Origin: an uncultured Planctomycetales bacterium
Lineage (GTDB): Bacteria > Omnitrophota > Gorgyraeia > Gygaellales > Profunditerraquicolaceae
Reading direction: 5' to 3'
Length of the DNA: 64,000 nucleotides
Assembly (NCBI GenBank): GCA_964603585.1
Contig: CAZRVK010000002.1
Location: 28,282-92,281 of the forward strand
In this document: positions 10,209 through 20,391 of the stretch, piece by piece
Numbering within the stretch: the stretch's first letter is position 1
Layout of the letters: each line of letters starts with the position of its first letter
The notes under the pieces: generated by a model
Seen by the model: the letters and a program-made list of their open reading frames with translations, nothing else
Database searches by the model: none
What the model was told of the DNA's origin: nothing
Translations under genes and position numbers: made by a program

Positions 10209-10964
10209 TTATTTGCTTATGAGCTGATTATTGATCATCGCTTCTTTAAGTTCAAGCACTTCGACAAAAGACCCGCGGTATCTATTCATTAATGTCTTTT
10301 CCTCTGGTTTTCTGTATTCTATATGCGTAAATGGAATAAAGGTGTGTACCATTTTTACAAATCCGACTCCTTGGGCGATCCAAAAGTCATACGTATGCAT
10401 ATGTTTACTGACTCCTTTAAGATCACGATAAGTATGTCTTACAAAAAAATGAAGGCACAAGAAATCCCCTGCCGCAGACTGCACCATCTCTTTGCCCAGA
10501 TAGGTTATCCCCGCTTCCACAGCCTCTTTATCCAGGAGATTGCCCTGATAATCATATATTGATTGCACCGAAAAAGAAAACTGGTTTGGGTTCATTTGTG
10601 ATGGCAGCATAAGCAGCGGGGGCGAAAATCTCCGGATGACCTTATGCGGCACCTGACCTGTCAGCTGCTGGTTCTGAAAGAACAATATCCCTGCGGGTGT
10701 ACGCACATTGGTCATCAAGCGGTCATGGTATTTACCCCGCCACAAAAAATCAAACTGCCGGCCAAGATTTCCGTCGAAAACATTTTGGACAGTAATCGAG
10801 ACAATATCTGACTCTGCATCTTCGTGGTAGAGATAGACATACTTGTCTCCTTCGTTAAGAGGGAAATACTTTATAATATCATAGGAATCCTTCCATTTCG
10901 CCAGGAAATATATGCCGAATAAAATAACCACAAACAACATGGCCGCAACACGCTTATTCTTCAT
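10209..10964 (-). CDS. Hypothetical membrane-anchored protein with an N-terminal TM helix/signal anchor. Function unknown.
   Basis: N-terminus MKNKRVAAMLFVVILFGIYFLA is hydrophobic. No recognisable domain. Embedded in the radical SAM/GT-C cluster. Confidence 0.45.
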   Translation of the reverse strand: MKNKRVAAMLFVVILFGIYFLAKWKDSYDIIKYFPLNEGDKYVYLYHEDAESDIVSITVQNVFDGNLGRQFDFLWRGKYHDRLMTNVRTPAGILFFQNQQLTGQVPHKVIRRFSPPLLMLPSQMNPNQFSFSVQSIYDYQGNLLDKEAVEAGITYLGKEMVQSAAGDFLCLHFFVRHTYRDLKGVSKHMHTYDFWIAQGVGFVKMVHTFIPFTHIEYRKPEEKTLMNRYRGSFVEVLELKEAMINNQLISK

Positions 10965-11089
10965 CTCTTATCCCTTCATTATCTTAAAAACTGTGTTTTA
11001 ATATCCTACCTATCGAACATTCTTCATAAAAAATCAGATCCCTGCCTTTAAGATTGCCCCGGATCCATACCTAAAATACAACATAAACT

Positions 11090-12778
11090 CTACTCCGCGT
11101 TAGAAAAACTGTATACCTCTATTTTATTGCCCTTCCAATAATCTTTTTGTTTAAAGTAATGTTTAAGCCAACCCAGGTAATTTAAAAGGGCATTCCTGCG
11201 CATATGTTCTATCCCAAGATAATCTTCATATGGAACAATCACCCGTAGACACTCATTCTTATTCATGCGTTGTGCAATCTGAATGGGAGAAATACTACCT
11301 ACGATCGAAGTGAAAAATACATCCGGATCCCTGCCGAAAACGGCATTATATGAAGCATAAACAGCCCCATTAACCCATTCCGTAGGCCAAACGACCCTAT
11401 CCTGCGGCGTAAGCCTTTGTTTTATATATGCCATGGCCTCTCGATAAGCAGGATTCATGTTATTAATGATTATCGCTCCAGAAGAAATCAGGTTAAACGG
11501 CACAACAAGCAGGCAAAATAAGTAGCCGATAATCCGCTTATAGAATACTGTGGATTTAATTACCTCATGAATCAATCGGGAATACACAAGGCAAACAAAA
11601 GGGATCAGCCAAATATAATGTCGAACGTTAAAATATGCTACCCCTATACGGGATAAAACATAACTAAAATAACACCAGTAAACTATTGCTATCGCAAATA
11701 CGGAGATAGTCAGTGTAATAAACGGTGGATTGGGCCTTTTTGCATGAAAAACAAGATAAAGCAGGAAAAGAAGAATGAACGGCGCTGTATAAAATGATCC
11801 GTCTCCTGCAAAGCCAAAGATGATCTTTAGAATATGCCCGGTAAAATATAATAATTTATCCTTTTCTGGATAGAAAAGCATCCCCGCCCTCATCCCGGAA
11901 GAAGCTCCAGAATAATACAGGTTTATCGGTAACAATATTGCTGGTATATGCAATATAAACAAGAAATTAAAGATAAGAAGTGCTTTCACAAACCTCAAAA
12001 GATCAACCAAACCATCCCTATATTTAGTTATCCATAGAATGACCAAAGCCAAACCTTGAGAAATAATTACCTGCAAGGCCAGCATGTGCATAAGAAAACA
12101 CGCCATCGTGGCAAGGCAATATTTCCAGATTCCCCGGTCTTTTTTTAAAATAAAAGCCTCCCAGAAGTAATAGTAACTAAGCAGACTGAAAAAAAGAAAA
12201 ACCGCGTAGCTTTCGATCCTAAGGCTATAAAAAGTAAAAAGGATATGGGTTGATAAAAATAGGACTGATAGATACGCTATTGCTCTCTTCTTGAATATTC
12301 TTAACGACAGCTTAAAGAATATATATATGGACAAACTGCTAAAGAGTATTGATACGGCCCTGGCCAGGAATGTCCAAACCCTGAATTCGATAATTGATTT
12401 GAGTTCGTTGGAAAAAATCAGCACATACAAAAACTGGTGCATCACCGTATAGCATGCTTGCGCGACTGCTGCCAGGCTAAAATGCGGTACGGGGAAAATG
12501 TTAAATGCCTCAATAGCATCTTCGCTTAGCTTGAGAATAGAGATCAGCTTTATGCAGCCTAAAATAACTATCCCAATAATGACAAAAATATCTAAGCGCC
12601 GAAAACCCTTGCCAGCAGATTTATTCTCCATCTTAGATCCTGCTGACACTGGTTTCAAATGAGCCCCGAGTAAATACAATAGGCAGGCATTCAATGCGAT
12701 CAATATTAGAAGCAGCGGAAAGTAATACATATAATACTCCGCCAGAGAAAATGAGTTTAATAAAACCTTAGATAGCAT
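11090..12778 (-). CDS. Polytopic membrane protein, paralogue A of a three-member GT-C-like (glycosyltransferase family 39-like) family.
   Basis: Shares FTFYSLRIESYAVFLFFSLLSYYYFWEAF and a C-terminal ...YWKGNKIEVYSF with the ORFs at 12768-14402 and 15814-17502. Acidic first-loop motif (LSEDAIEAF). Confidence 0.55.
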   Translation of the reverse strand: MLSKVLLNSFSLAEYYMYYFPLLLILIALNACLLYLLGAHLKPVSAGSKMENKSAGKGFRRLDIFVIIGIVILGCIKLISILKLSEDAIEAFNIFPVPHFSLAAVAQACYTVMHQFLYVLIFSNELKSIIEFRVWTFLARAVSILFSSLSIYIFFKLSLRIFKKRAIAYLSVLFLSTHILFTFYSLRIESYAVFLFFSLLSYYYFWEAFILKKDRGIWKYCLATMACFLMHMLALQVIISQGLALVILWITKYRDGLVDLLRFVKALLIFNFLFILHIPAILLPINLYYSGASSGMRAGMLFYPEKDKLLYFTGHILKIIFGFAGDGSFYTAPFILLFLLYLVFHAKRPNPPFITLTISVFAIAIVYWCYFSYVLSRIGVAYFNVRHYIWLIPFVCLVYSRLIHEVIKSTVFYKRIIGYLFCLLVVPFNLISSGAIIINNMNPAYREAMAYIKQRLTPQDRVVWPTEWVNGAVYASYNAVFGRDPDVFFTSIVGSISPIQIAQRMNKNECLRVIVPYEDYLGIEHMRRNALLNYLGWLKHYFKQKDYWKGNKIEVYSFSNAE

Positions 12779-14402
12779 TTTTAGGCGTATATAGATAGAC
12801 TTTTATTTTATTCCCCGACCATACAGATATAAGATCCAATTGCTGATTTAAAAAATCCAGGTAGGTAGGGAATAAATTACTGTTCAAATGGGATGAGCCG
12901 AAATAATCTTCCTGGAAGATGATAATCCAGAACCGCTTGAATCTTTCTTTCTTCTTTAATATATTTCCGGGGTATAATTCTCCGGAATTCTCGAAATCAA
13001 GGTTAAGCCGCCCTTTGGAATTAAATTTAATGCACATGCGTATACAGCAAGGATAACCTAAAAAATCATTTTGGTGATCGATTTGCTGGCTTATATAACC
13101 TAATGCGCCATTATAATCAGAAACCCAAAGATCGGTTATTATCTCCTGTGATTTAGACAGGTTTATACCGCCCAAAAAAATGACTAAAACCAGCCCGGCA
13201 ACCTGAAAACACCTTTTTCCTGAACGCAGCAGGCGGATCAAACCATAACTGTATAAAATGGTCAAAAACGGGACAAGCCATAAGAGCTGGCGGATATTGA
13301 AATACAGTTTTCCGGAAATCGATATCATCCGCAGAAGAAAAAATGACTCATATAAAAAACCCGCAGTTAAAATAGATACGATCATCAGGAAAAAACTTTT
13401 ATTTTCTTTTGCTAATAAATACAAGAATATAAATGCTAGCAGGCAAAAACCCAGAGCAGGAATCAAAAAATAGGTCCCGGACAATAATCTAAGGATATCG
13501 CCTAAGACAGAGGAAAGGCTCTCTTTTCCTAACAAAAAACCACCGTCTGAACGGAATGTCTTATCCCAGAGAGCAAGATATCCAAGCGGCAAATAGAGAA
13601 TAAATAAGAAGCCGCCAATAAACACCGAACGCACAAACAACAGGGATTCCCGCTTGCCAACCAGTGATCTTGCCTTTAATAACAAGATGGCGCATATCTG
13701 CCCAAAAAGAAGAAAAATCGTCAAATAATGTGTTAAAAAAGAAATGATCAAAACAACCGCGTATTTAATCTGTGCTTGCCTGAAGCCCTGGACAAAAGCC
13801 TGCCAGAAATAGTAACAGCTCAAAAGCGACAAGAAGGAAAACGCAGTATATACTTCTATCCGGCGAGAATAAAAAACAAATAAAAAATGGATATTAAGCA
13901 AAATAAATGACGATATCGCAATATCTTTCCGGTTAAACACTACAAAACATAACTTGTAAGCCAGATATGCGGTAAGAACCCCGAATACTACAGAGAAAAA
14001 ACGTAAGGAGATTAAACCATATTGCGCGCCCGCAATATTATTTATGAATTCCGAGATAATGTGGTATAGCGGCTGATGGGAACAAAAGATCATATTGGTC
14101 AGGAAACTACCGATACCGGAATGAAGGAACATAAGATTGGTGGATTCCATTATATCAAAACTCTCTCTATCTAAATTAAAACTTTTCCAGGCTGTAAAAA
14201 ATACGGCCAATAAGACAACTGTTTGGCTAAACAATAAATTTGATCCCTGCGGGGAAGTTTTAGCTGCGGCGGTGTTGTCTTTATGCAAACGCCTGTTCAA
14301 AAAGAATAATATTATCCAGTTAATAAGCAGGCCGATGACTATACCCGGCCAGTAATCCGCATAAAGTTTAACTAATTTATCGATGAAATACCGTTCATCC
14401 AT
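12768..14402 (-). CDS. Polytopic membrane protein, paralogue B of the GT-C-like family.
   Basis: FVFYSRRIEVYTAFSFLSLLSCYYFWQAF. C-terminal VWSGNKIKVYLYTP. First-loop DIMES motif. Confidence 0.55.
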   Translation of the reverse strand: MDERYFIDKLVKLYADYWPGIVIGLLINWIILFFLNRRLHKDNTAAAKTSPQGSNLLFSQTVVLLAVFFTAWKSFNLDRESFDIMESTNLMFLHSGIGSFLTNMIFCSHQPLYHIISEFINNIAGAQYGLISLRFFSVVFGVLTAYLAYKLCFVVFNRKDIAISSFILLNIHFLFVFYSRRIEVYTAFSFLSLLSCYYFWQAFVQGFRQAQIKYAVVLIISFLTHYLTIFLLFGQICAILLLKARSLVGKRESLLFVRSVFIGGFLFILYLPLGYLALWDKTFRSDGGFLLGKESLSSVLGDILRLLSGTYFLIPALGFCLLAFIFLYLLAKENKSFFLMIVSILTAGFLYESFFLLRMISISGKLYFNIRQLLWLVPFLTILYSYGLIRLLRSGKRCFQVAGLVLVIFLGGINLSKSQEIITDLWVSDYNGALGYISQQIDHQNDFLGYPCCIRMCIKFNSKGRLNLDFENSGELYPGNILKKKERFKRFWIIIFQEDYFGSSHLNSNLFPTYLDFLNQQLDLISVWSGNKIKVYLYTPKNAI

Positions 14403-14412
14403 CTATTGCCCC

Positions 14413-15768
14413 CTAAAGATACGAGGTTACTGCTGAAAATCCGGTCTTTACCAGAAACACCAGGTCTTCCATGGTTTTTATTTTCTTGAATTGTTTAAAT
14501 AAATATGCCGGCCTTAAATAGAAACGCAAAAAAGAATTCCTGGCCGTTCGCTTCACCAATTCTTGAGATGGGAAATTAGAATTGCTTTTTTGGAACTCAT
14601 CATAAAAATCAGTTCCCGGCATAAGGTAAGTGGTATTAAATTGCGCATAATCCACTCCTAACTCCAAAGCAAAATTATACAAGTCTTTTATAGTTTGTAT
14701 GCTATCCCCCAGCATGCCATACATGAAAAGCCCCAGGACCTCCATCTGCGCTTCTTTTGCCCATTTAGCTGCCTGGCGCGACTGGGCGATAGTTATCCCT
14801 TTATTTGCAATATCAAGCGATTGCTGGCTTGAACTTTCAAAACCGAAAGAAATCTGGTAACAACCCGCCCGCCTCATTAAGGTTAAAAGCTCCTTATCTA
14901 CCAGATCAACCCGGGTAGAACTCCTCCAGGAGATATCAATCTTATTGGAAATGATATATTCACACATTTTCCAGGTCAGTTCCCTGTTACTGGTACAAAC
15001 CTGGTCCCTAAAAAAGATCTCTCCGATCTTATATTTATACACGATCTCATTCAATTCTTCCTTAATGGAATCGAAATCCCGGTAACGCATCTCCCTAAGC
15101 GTATAAAGCCAGGAAGTGCAGAACCTGCACTTGCTATGCGGGCACCCCCTGCTGGTTGACATTGCCGTAACAGGATTACGCCGGTTAAAAATCGCATACC
15201 TGTATGCCTGATTATCGATCAAATCCCGGGCCGGGATCGCCAATTCTTTCATATCTACTAACCTGCGGACACCTTGAAAGATCTTCCCGTTCTGCTTGTA
15301 TGCCACATTCTCATCATACTTGCCCTGCATGATATTCTCTAACGGTAATTCGAGTTCGCCAAGAGCGACAAAATCAACACTGCCATCATCCAGGGCGATT
15401 GCAGGATCCGATATGACCGGAGGGCCGCCAAAGATTATTTTGACCCGCGCAAGACTATCCTTAATAAGGCGGGCAAGCCATTTATCCTCTTCGACACTGA
15501 AATGAGTAGTGGATAAAGCCACATAATCCGGATTTTCCCGGACCACCATTTTTACCAGCTCCGGATGCCGGATATGTTTGATGCTGGCTTCGATGATCTT
15601 GGCCTCGAACCCCTTTTTACGCAGATAACCGGCCGCATACATTAAATCCAAAGGAGGAAACGGTACATATCCCAGGATATAAGCCGCAGACCAGTCTCGA
15701 AGCAGATGTATATGCTTATTTGAATCAGGCCTGCATCCTAAAGGGTCTAAAAGCAATATCTTGGCCAT
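14413..15768 (-). CDS. B12-binding (class B) radical SAM enzyme with non-canonical CX4CX2C cluster spacing.
   Basis: ILLLDPLG...IIFGGPP...ALGELE (B12 domain). TSRGCPHSKCRFC gives C-x4-C-x2-C rather than C-x3-C-x2-C. Confidence 0.8.
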   Translation of the reverse strand: MAKILLLDPLGCRPDSNKHIHLLRDWSAAYILGYVPFPPLDLMYAAGYLRKKGFEAKIIEASIKHIRHPELVKMVVRENPDYVALSTTHFSVEEDKWLARLIKDSLARVKIIFGGPPVISDPAIALDDGSVDFVALGELELPLENIMQGKYDENVAYKQNGKIFQGVRRLVDMKELAIPARDLIDNQAYRYAIFNRRNPVTAMSTSRGCPHSKCRFCTSWLYTLREMRYRDFDSIKEELNEIVYKYKIGEIFFRDQVCTSNRELTWKMCEYIISNKIDISWRSSTRVDLVDKELLTLMRRAGCYQISFGFESSSQQSLDIANKGITIAQSRQAAKWAKEAQMEVLGLFMYGMLGDSIQTIKDLYNFALELGVDYAQFNTTYLMPGTDFYDEFQKSNSNFPSQELVKRTARNSFLRFYLRPAYLFKQFKKIKTMEDLVFLVKTGFSAVTSYL

Positions 15769-15813
15769 TTGTATTCGCTCCTCTCAATGAAATATAAACT
15801 GCTCAATCGAATA

Positions 15814-17502
15814 TTATTTACTGGTTTCGAATAAATACACCTTGATCTTGTTGCCGCTCCACACGGAATTAAAGGAAAAATTGCGTTTCAGGAAAAACAT
15901 ATGTCCTAAGAATGTCCTCTCTGGTAAATGCAAAACCCCCAAAAAATCCTCCTTTGGAATCACCACCCACAGCCTTTTGCACATACCTTTCTTAGCCAAT
16001 AATTCTTTTGGAGTGGCACTTTTAAACATACAGAAATTTTCTTTCCAGCTGCCGCTTAAGAATGAATAGGCAGTTAATCCCATCACATGATCCATCAATT
16101 TCGTGCGCCAAATAATACCATCACCAGCCCTGCTTTTTTCATTTATATATTCCAAAGCTAAACGGTAGTCAGGATTGATATTCCTAACCACTATTCTACT
16201 AGAAATAATCACATTGAAAACCATAAAGATAACGAACACGGCAATCCCGGCCTTATGAATAAATTTATTGCGGACCAAGGTCAAGAAATAAGCCCCGTAT
16301 CCATACAATAAAGCTATAAACGGCAAAAACCATATAACATGCCTTAAATTAAAATATGCCCTATCGGCGTTTAAAAGCACAAAAATTATAAAGCAAATTT
16401 CATAAACAAAAAGCAGGCCAAAAGAAACAGCCATAAGCAGGAATAAGGGGGGATTTATCCTCTTTAGTTTTATAAAAATAATGGCGCAAACAAGTATGCA
16501 TAATAATACTGCAGCCATAGAGCCGGGAGAACCCAGAAGTATTCTAACCAGGTTAAAAACGATGTTCGGGATCTCATCCTTGCTTAAATAATCAATATTT
16601 TGCCACCGGATACCCTTAAAAGACGGCCTATTCATGTAAGCGCCAAAAAGCATGATTGGTAAGTACAATATCACTGCCATAAAAACCACTGTTACCGACT
16701 TAAGATATAACAGCCAGGCCCGGGGGTTTAAAGGAGAATTTCTTCTTAATCTAAGGATCCCCAGAGTCAAAAACTGTGATGCAACAACAAACAATGCTAT
16801 ATAATGCATCAAAAAAGCCAATATCGTTGCTATAGAATATTTGAATACGCTTTCCTCCTTCGAAACAATAAATGTGTTCCAATAATAATAATAACTAAGC
16901 ATCACGAAAAACAAAAAGAAAACATATACTTCCACCCTTAAGCTGTAAAATGTAAAAAAACCGTGTGATAAGAAAATGGCCGTTGCCCAATAAGCAATAA
17001 TCCTTTTAGCGGATATAGCATATGCGAATTTAAAAAACAGGCAGGCGGACAGGAAGCTAAAGAATACTGAAACAAAGCGGGCAAGAAAAAACCAGTAATG
17101 CGGATCAATATGATATAATGCGCCATTTAGGGCAAAGGGGTAAACTATTTGGTGGCCAAACATGGAAAAGGCCTCGATCCCTTCTATTAAGCTCCCTCCC
17201 ATCCTCGGGCCGAGGCTAACAGACTCCTGTATATCAATGCTTATTTTATACAAGTTAACAGTCTTGAAAAGGGTAACTATAAATGCGGCGATCATAACTA
17301 CAAACATATCTTTACTGAATAAACCGTGTCGAACCGTTCCATCCATTGAAACTTTTGGATTATCCCTGGCGGTAACACGGCTAAGCCAATAAAATAATGC
17401 TAAATCCATGATCCCCAATGCGATGATAAAAAACAGGTAGTGGTTATAATATTCTATTATGCTCGGTGAAGGATAAGAAAAAAAAGATAAGATCTTTTCC
17501 AT
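15814..17502 (-). CDS. Polytopic membrane protein, paralogue C of the GT-C-like family.
   Basis: FTFYSLRVEVYVFFLFFVMLSYYYYWNTF. C-terminal VWSGNKIKVYLFETSK. First-loop IDIQES motif. Confidence 0.55.
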   Translation of the reverse strand: MEKILSFFSYPSPSIIEYYNHYLFFIIALGIMDLALFYWLSRVTARDNPKVSMDGTVRHGLFSKDMFVVMIAAFIVTLFKTVNLYKISIDIQESVSLGPRMGGSLIEGIEAFSMFGHQIVYPFALNGALYHIDPHYWFFLARFVSVFFSFLSACLFFKFAYAISAKRIIAYWATAIFLSHGFFTFYSLRVEVYVFFLFFVMLSYYYYWNTFIVSKEESVFKYSIATILAFLMHYIALFVVASQFLTLGILRLRRNSPLNPRAWLLYLKSVTVVFMAVILYLPIMLFGAYMNRPSFKGIRWQNIDYLSKDEIPNIVFNLVRILLGSPGSMAAVLLCILVCAIIFIKLKRINPPLFLLMAVSFGLLFVYEICFIIFVLLNADRAYFNLRHVIWFLPFIALLYGYGAYFLTLVRNKFIHKAGIAVFVIFMVFNVIISSRIVVRNINPDYRLALEYINEKSRAGDGIIWRTKLMDHVMGLTAYSFLSGSWKENFCMFKSATPKELLAKKGMCKRLWVVIPKEDFLGVLHLPERTFLGHMFFLKRNFSFNSVWSGNKIKVYLFETSK

Positions 17503-17541
17503 TTTATGTGCGCAATAAATCCCTTCTTTAAAAAGTATCCC

Positions 17542-18954
17542 TTATGCAACCTCTGGCTTAAAAATGGTCCGAGAAAAGTAAACTTTAATCACCCGCAATA
17601 ATTTCGGCAGGTGCTTTAACTTTATATGTTTAATGATCTTAAATAACCTTTTTGGATTGTATATGTATGAACTTATAAATGCCCTGACAAAGATCCTGCG
17701 CAAGGCATCCTTTTTGACCATGCAGGTATCGAAAGGATTAGTAAAAACAAAACTCTCCCAAAGGATATCATTAATTTCACCATGCAAATACAATCTCTGG
17801 AACAATTCTGAACCCGGATAAGGAACGGCGAAAGAAAATACAACATAATCCAGCGGGGATCTTCTTGCGAACTCAACGGTTAATTCCAAAGTCTGCCGGG
17901 TATCATTTGGCAATCCGAGGATAAAGAAACCGAATGTTTCAAACCCATGCCTTTTTACCATCTCGATCTTTTTTAAAACCGTCGAGGCAGATAACGGTTT
18001 TTGATTTTTCTCTAAAACTTCACTGGAAACCGATTCTATGCCAAACCCCAATTGATAACATCCTGCCTGCTTCATAACGCTTAGCAACTCATCATCCAAA
18101 GAATCCAAACGCACGCCAACAGGGGTTTTCCAGGTAATATCCAGCCCCCTTTTTATTATCTCTGTGCATATAGCTATTGCATGTCCGCGGACTTCTGTAA
18201 AATTGTCATCAATTATATTTATCTCCTTAATACCAAAATCCTTGATCAGGCACTCAATTTCATTGACCACCGCATCCGCACTGCGCAACCGTATCTTCCG
18301 GCCATGAACTGCTTGAGAACAGCAAAAACTACAGTTATGCGGACATCCTCTTGAAGTAATGACCGGTGCGGCTGGATGGCGCAAACCAAAAATATGTCCC
18401 GGGGTATCGATATAAGAAGCAGGATCGATTAATTGCCATGCGGGAGTTTCTAAAGAGTCGAGGTCCTTAATTATATTTATTCCCTCCGTCCTGATTATTT
18501 CGTTATTTTTCTTAAAAACTACTCCCGGATAACCGCTAAGGTCATTTTCTTTTAAATTATAACCATAAGATTTGACCATATCGACAAAGACTTCTTCCGC
18601 TTCCCCAATAATGCCGATATCGGCTCCTAAATCCGCCAAAGCAAACTCCGGCAAGGCGGAAATATGCGGGCCTCCAATGACGATATTGACATCGGGCTTA
18701 AGATCCTTGAGCTGCGCAATTATTCCTTTTATCTTCCCATATGAAGGGGTAAAAACGCTTAAACCGACTATAACCGGCTCTTCTGCAAGAATCTTTAAAG
18801 CCGCATCCATAGGGGTACCTTTATAGACAGACAAATTCAATATTCCTGAATCTATCCCGTTCTTTATCAAAGCAGACGCGATATAGGATATGCCTAAATA
18901 GGGCGTGTGCGAGACTGTATTTGCAGGAGGGATAACCAGGAGTATCTTATGCAT
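17542..18954 (-). CDS. B12-binding (class B) radical SAM enzyme.
   Basis: ILLVIPPAN...IVIGGPH...IIGEAE. TSRGCPHNCSFC. Confidence 0.85.
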   Translation of the reverse strand: MHKILLVIPPANTVSHTPYLGISYIASALIKNGIDSGILNLSVYKGTPMDAALKILAEEPVIVGLSVFTPSYGKIKGIIAQLKDLKPDVNIVIGGPHISALPEFALADLGADIGIIGEAEEVFVDMVKSYGYNLKENDLSGYPGVVFKKNNEIIRTEGINIIKDLDSLETPAWQLIDPASYIDTPGHIFGLRHPAAPVITSRGCPHNCSFCCSQAVHGRKIRLRSADAVVNEIECLIKDFGIKEINIIDDNFTEVRGHAIAICTEIIKRGLDITWKTPVGVRLDSLDDELLSVMKQAGCYQLGFGIESVSSEVLEKNQKPLSASTVLKKIEMVKRHGFETFGFFILGLPNDTRQTLELTVEFARRSPLDYVVFSFAVPYPGSELFQRLYLHGEINDILWESFVFTNPFDTCMVKKDALRRIFVRAFISSYIYNPKRLFKIIKHIKLKHLPKLLRVIKVYFSRTIFKPEVA

Positions 18955-18969
18955 TTTCTATGGTTTTTC

Positions 18970-20391
18970 TTAAATATCGGCGGCCACAAATCTCATAAAA
19001 ACGATGAGATTGCGCAACATAGACCGCAAGCTGCTTAACTTTAAAAAAAGCGGCAAATACCGTATAAGGGCCCGGGGACGTAAATAAAATTCCCTATAGG
19101 CTTTCTTCCGTAACCTTAGAAGATCGCTCTTTGACAAAGCTTCGGTTTCAAATACCGGATCTCCATGCCATGAATATTTACTCCAATCCAAACTCCTTAA
19201 ATAACCCTTTTTCTTAAAATAGCTGAAAGATTTTGTCCCCGGCAAAGGCGATAAATATAAATATGTTGCATAAGTCGGGTTGATTCTCTTGGAAAACTTA
19301 ATGGTGTCTTCTACCGTAGCAACCGAATCCCCTTCACAGCCAATGATAAAAGTCGCCCAAGAATTTATACCAACCTTATTTATCAACTCAAACGCTTTAC
19401 AAATGGTGGCTGTATCGATATTCTTATTGCACTTTTTTAGGACTTCATCATTGCCGCTTTCAACCCCAACCTGGATCTCGACACACCCGGACTGCTTCAT
19501 CTCGCGCAATAATTCAAGCGACATATTATCGGCCCGGCCATGGCAAATCCATTTTAGCCCCGGGAAATATTTGCGTATCCCTTGACAGAACCGGACCACC
19601 CTTTCACAAGAACCAGTAAAATCATCATCATGCAAGAATAATAATGCCGCGTTATACCGTTTAATCAGATGTTCCATCTCCTTAAAAACGTTTTCCAGGC
19701 TTCTATACCGGGTCAGGCCATTCCAAATCAGGGAACTTGAACAAAAATCGCATTTATAGTTACAACCCCGAGAAGTAATAATAGAGTGGTAATAGGGGTT
19801 TTTTACCGGATATGGATAGATATGCCGGTAGGTATTTCTCGGCAACAGCTGGCGTGCGGGAAAATCCAATACATCCAGATCAACTATCAAACTGCGTTTT
19901 TTAGTAAGAAAATCACTGCCATTTTGTCTATAAGCGATACCCATAACCCGGCTGAAATCACGGTCTAAATCCTGACAAAATATGATATCTTTAAAAGTCT
20001 CTTCTCCTTCACCTACCACACAAATATCTGCAACATCAAGGTTTTCAAACGGCAAAGCAGAAACATGCGGCCCGCCAAAAACAATAAGCGTATCAGGAAG
20101 CGATTCCCGGATAGCTTGAGCCGTTTTTCTTGCGGATCCGGCCGTAATCGTAGAAAGAGTGATCCCGACTATCTCTGGGGCAAACTTAATTACCCGACCT
20201 AATACCTGTTGATGAGACATATTCAATCCGGCAGCATCACAAATATCAACTGCCGATCCCGGGAAGTTCTTTATTATTGATGAAGCCAAATAAGCCACAC
20301 CCAAAGGCTCGCTCTTATAGTTGACGGCGCCTTTTAGCAGGCCGGGGAAATAACTGTAATTGGGATTGATCAGCTGGATCCTTTTTGGCAT
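18970..20391 (-). CDS. B12-binding (class B) radical SAM enzyme.
   Basis: IQLINPNYS...IVFGGPH...VVGEGE. TSRGCNYKCDFC. Confidence 0.85.
   Translation of the reverse strand: MPKRIQLINPNYSYFPGLLKGAVNYKSEPLGVAYLASSIIKNFPGSAVDICDAAGLNMSHQQVLGRVIKFAPEIVGITLSTITAGSARKTAQAIRESLPDTLIVFGGPHVSALPFENLDVADICVVGEGEETFKDIIFCQDLDRDFSRVMGIAYRQNGSDFLTKKRSLIVDLDVLDFPARQLLPRNTYRHIYPYPVKNPYYHSIITSRGCNYKCDFCSSSLIWNGLTRYRSLENVFKEMEHLIKRYNAALLFLHDDDFTGSCERVVRFCQGIRKYFPGLKWICHGRADNMSLELLREMKQSGCVEIQVGVESGNDEVLKKCNKNIDTATICKAFELINKVGINSWATFIIGCEGDSVATVEDTIKFSKRINPTYATYLYLSPLPGTKSFSYFKKKGYLRSLDWSKYSWHGDPVFETEALSKSDLLRLRKKAYREFYLRPRALIRYLPLFLKLSSLRSMLRNLIVFMRFVAADI

Noticed and set aside
4087-17502. Considered whether the large polytopic membrane proteins are O-antigen ligase/Wzy polymerases or transporters rather than GT-C glycosyltransferases.
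   Set aside because: The DEA/acidic first-loop motif, YfhO-like C-terminal signature and size (510-615 aa) fit GT-C better. No Wzx/Wzz/ABC partners are present. This remains unproven without structural search.
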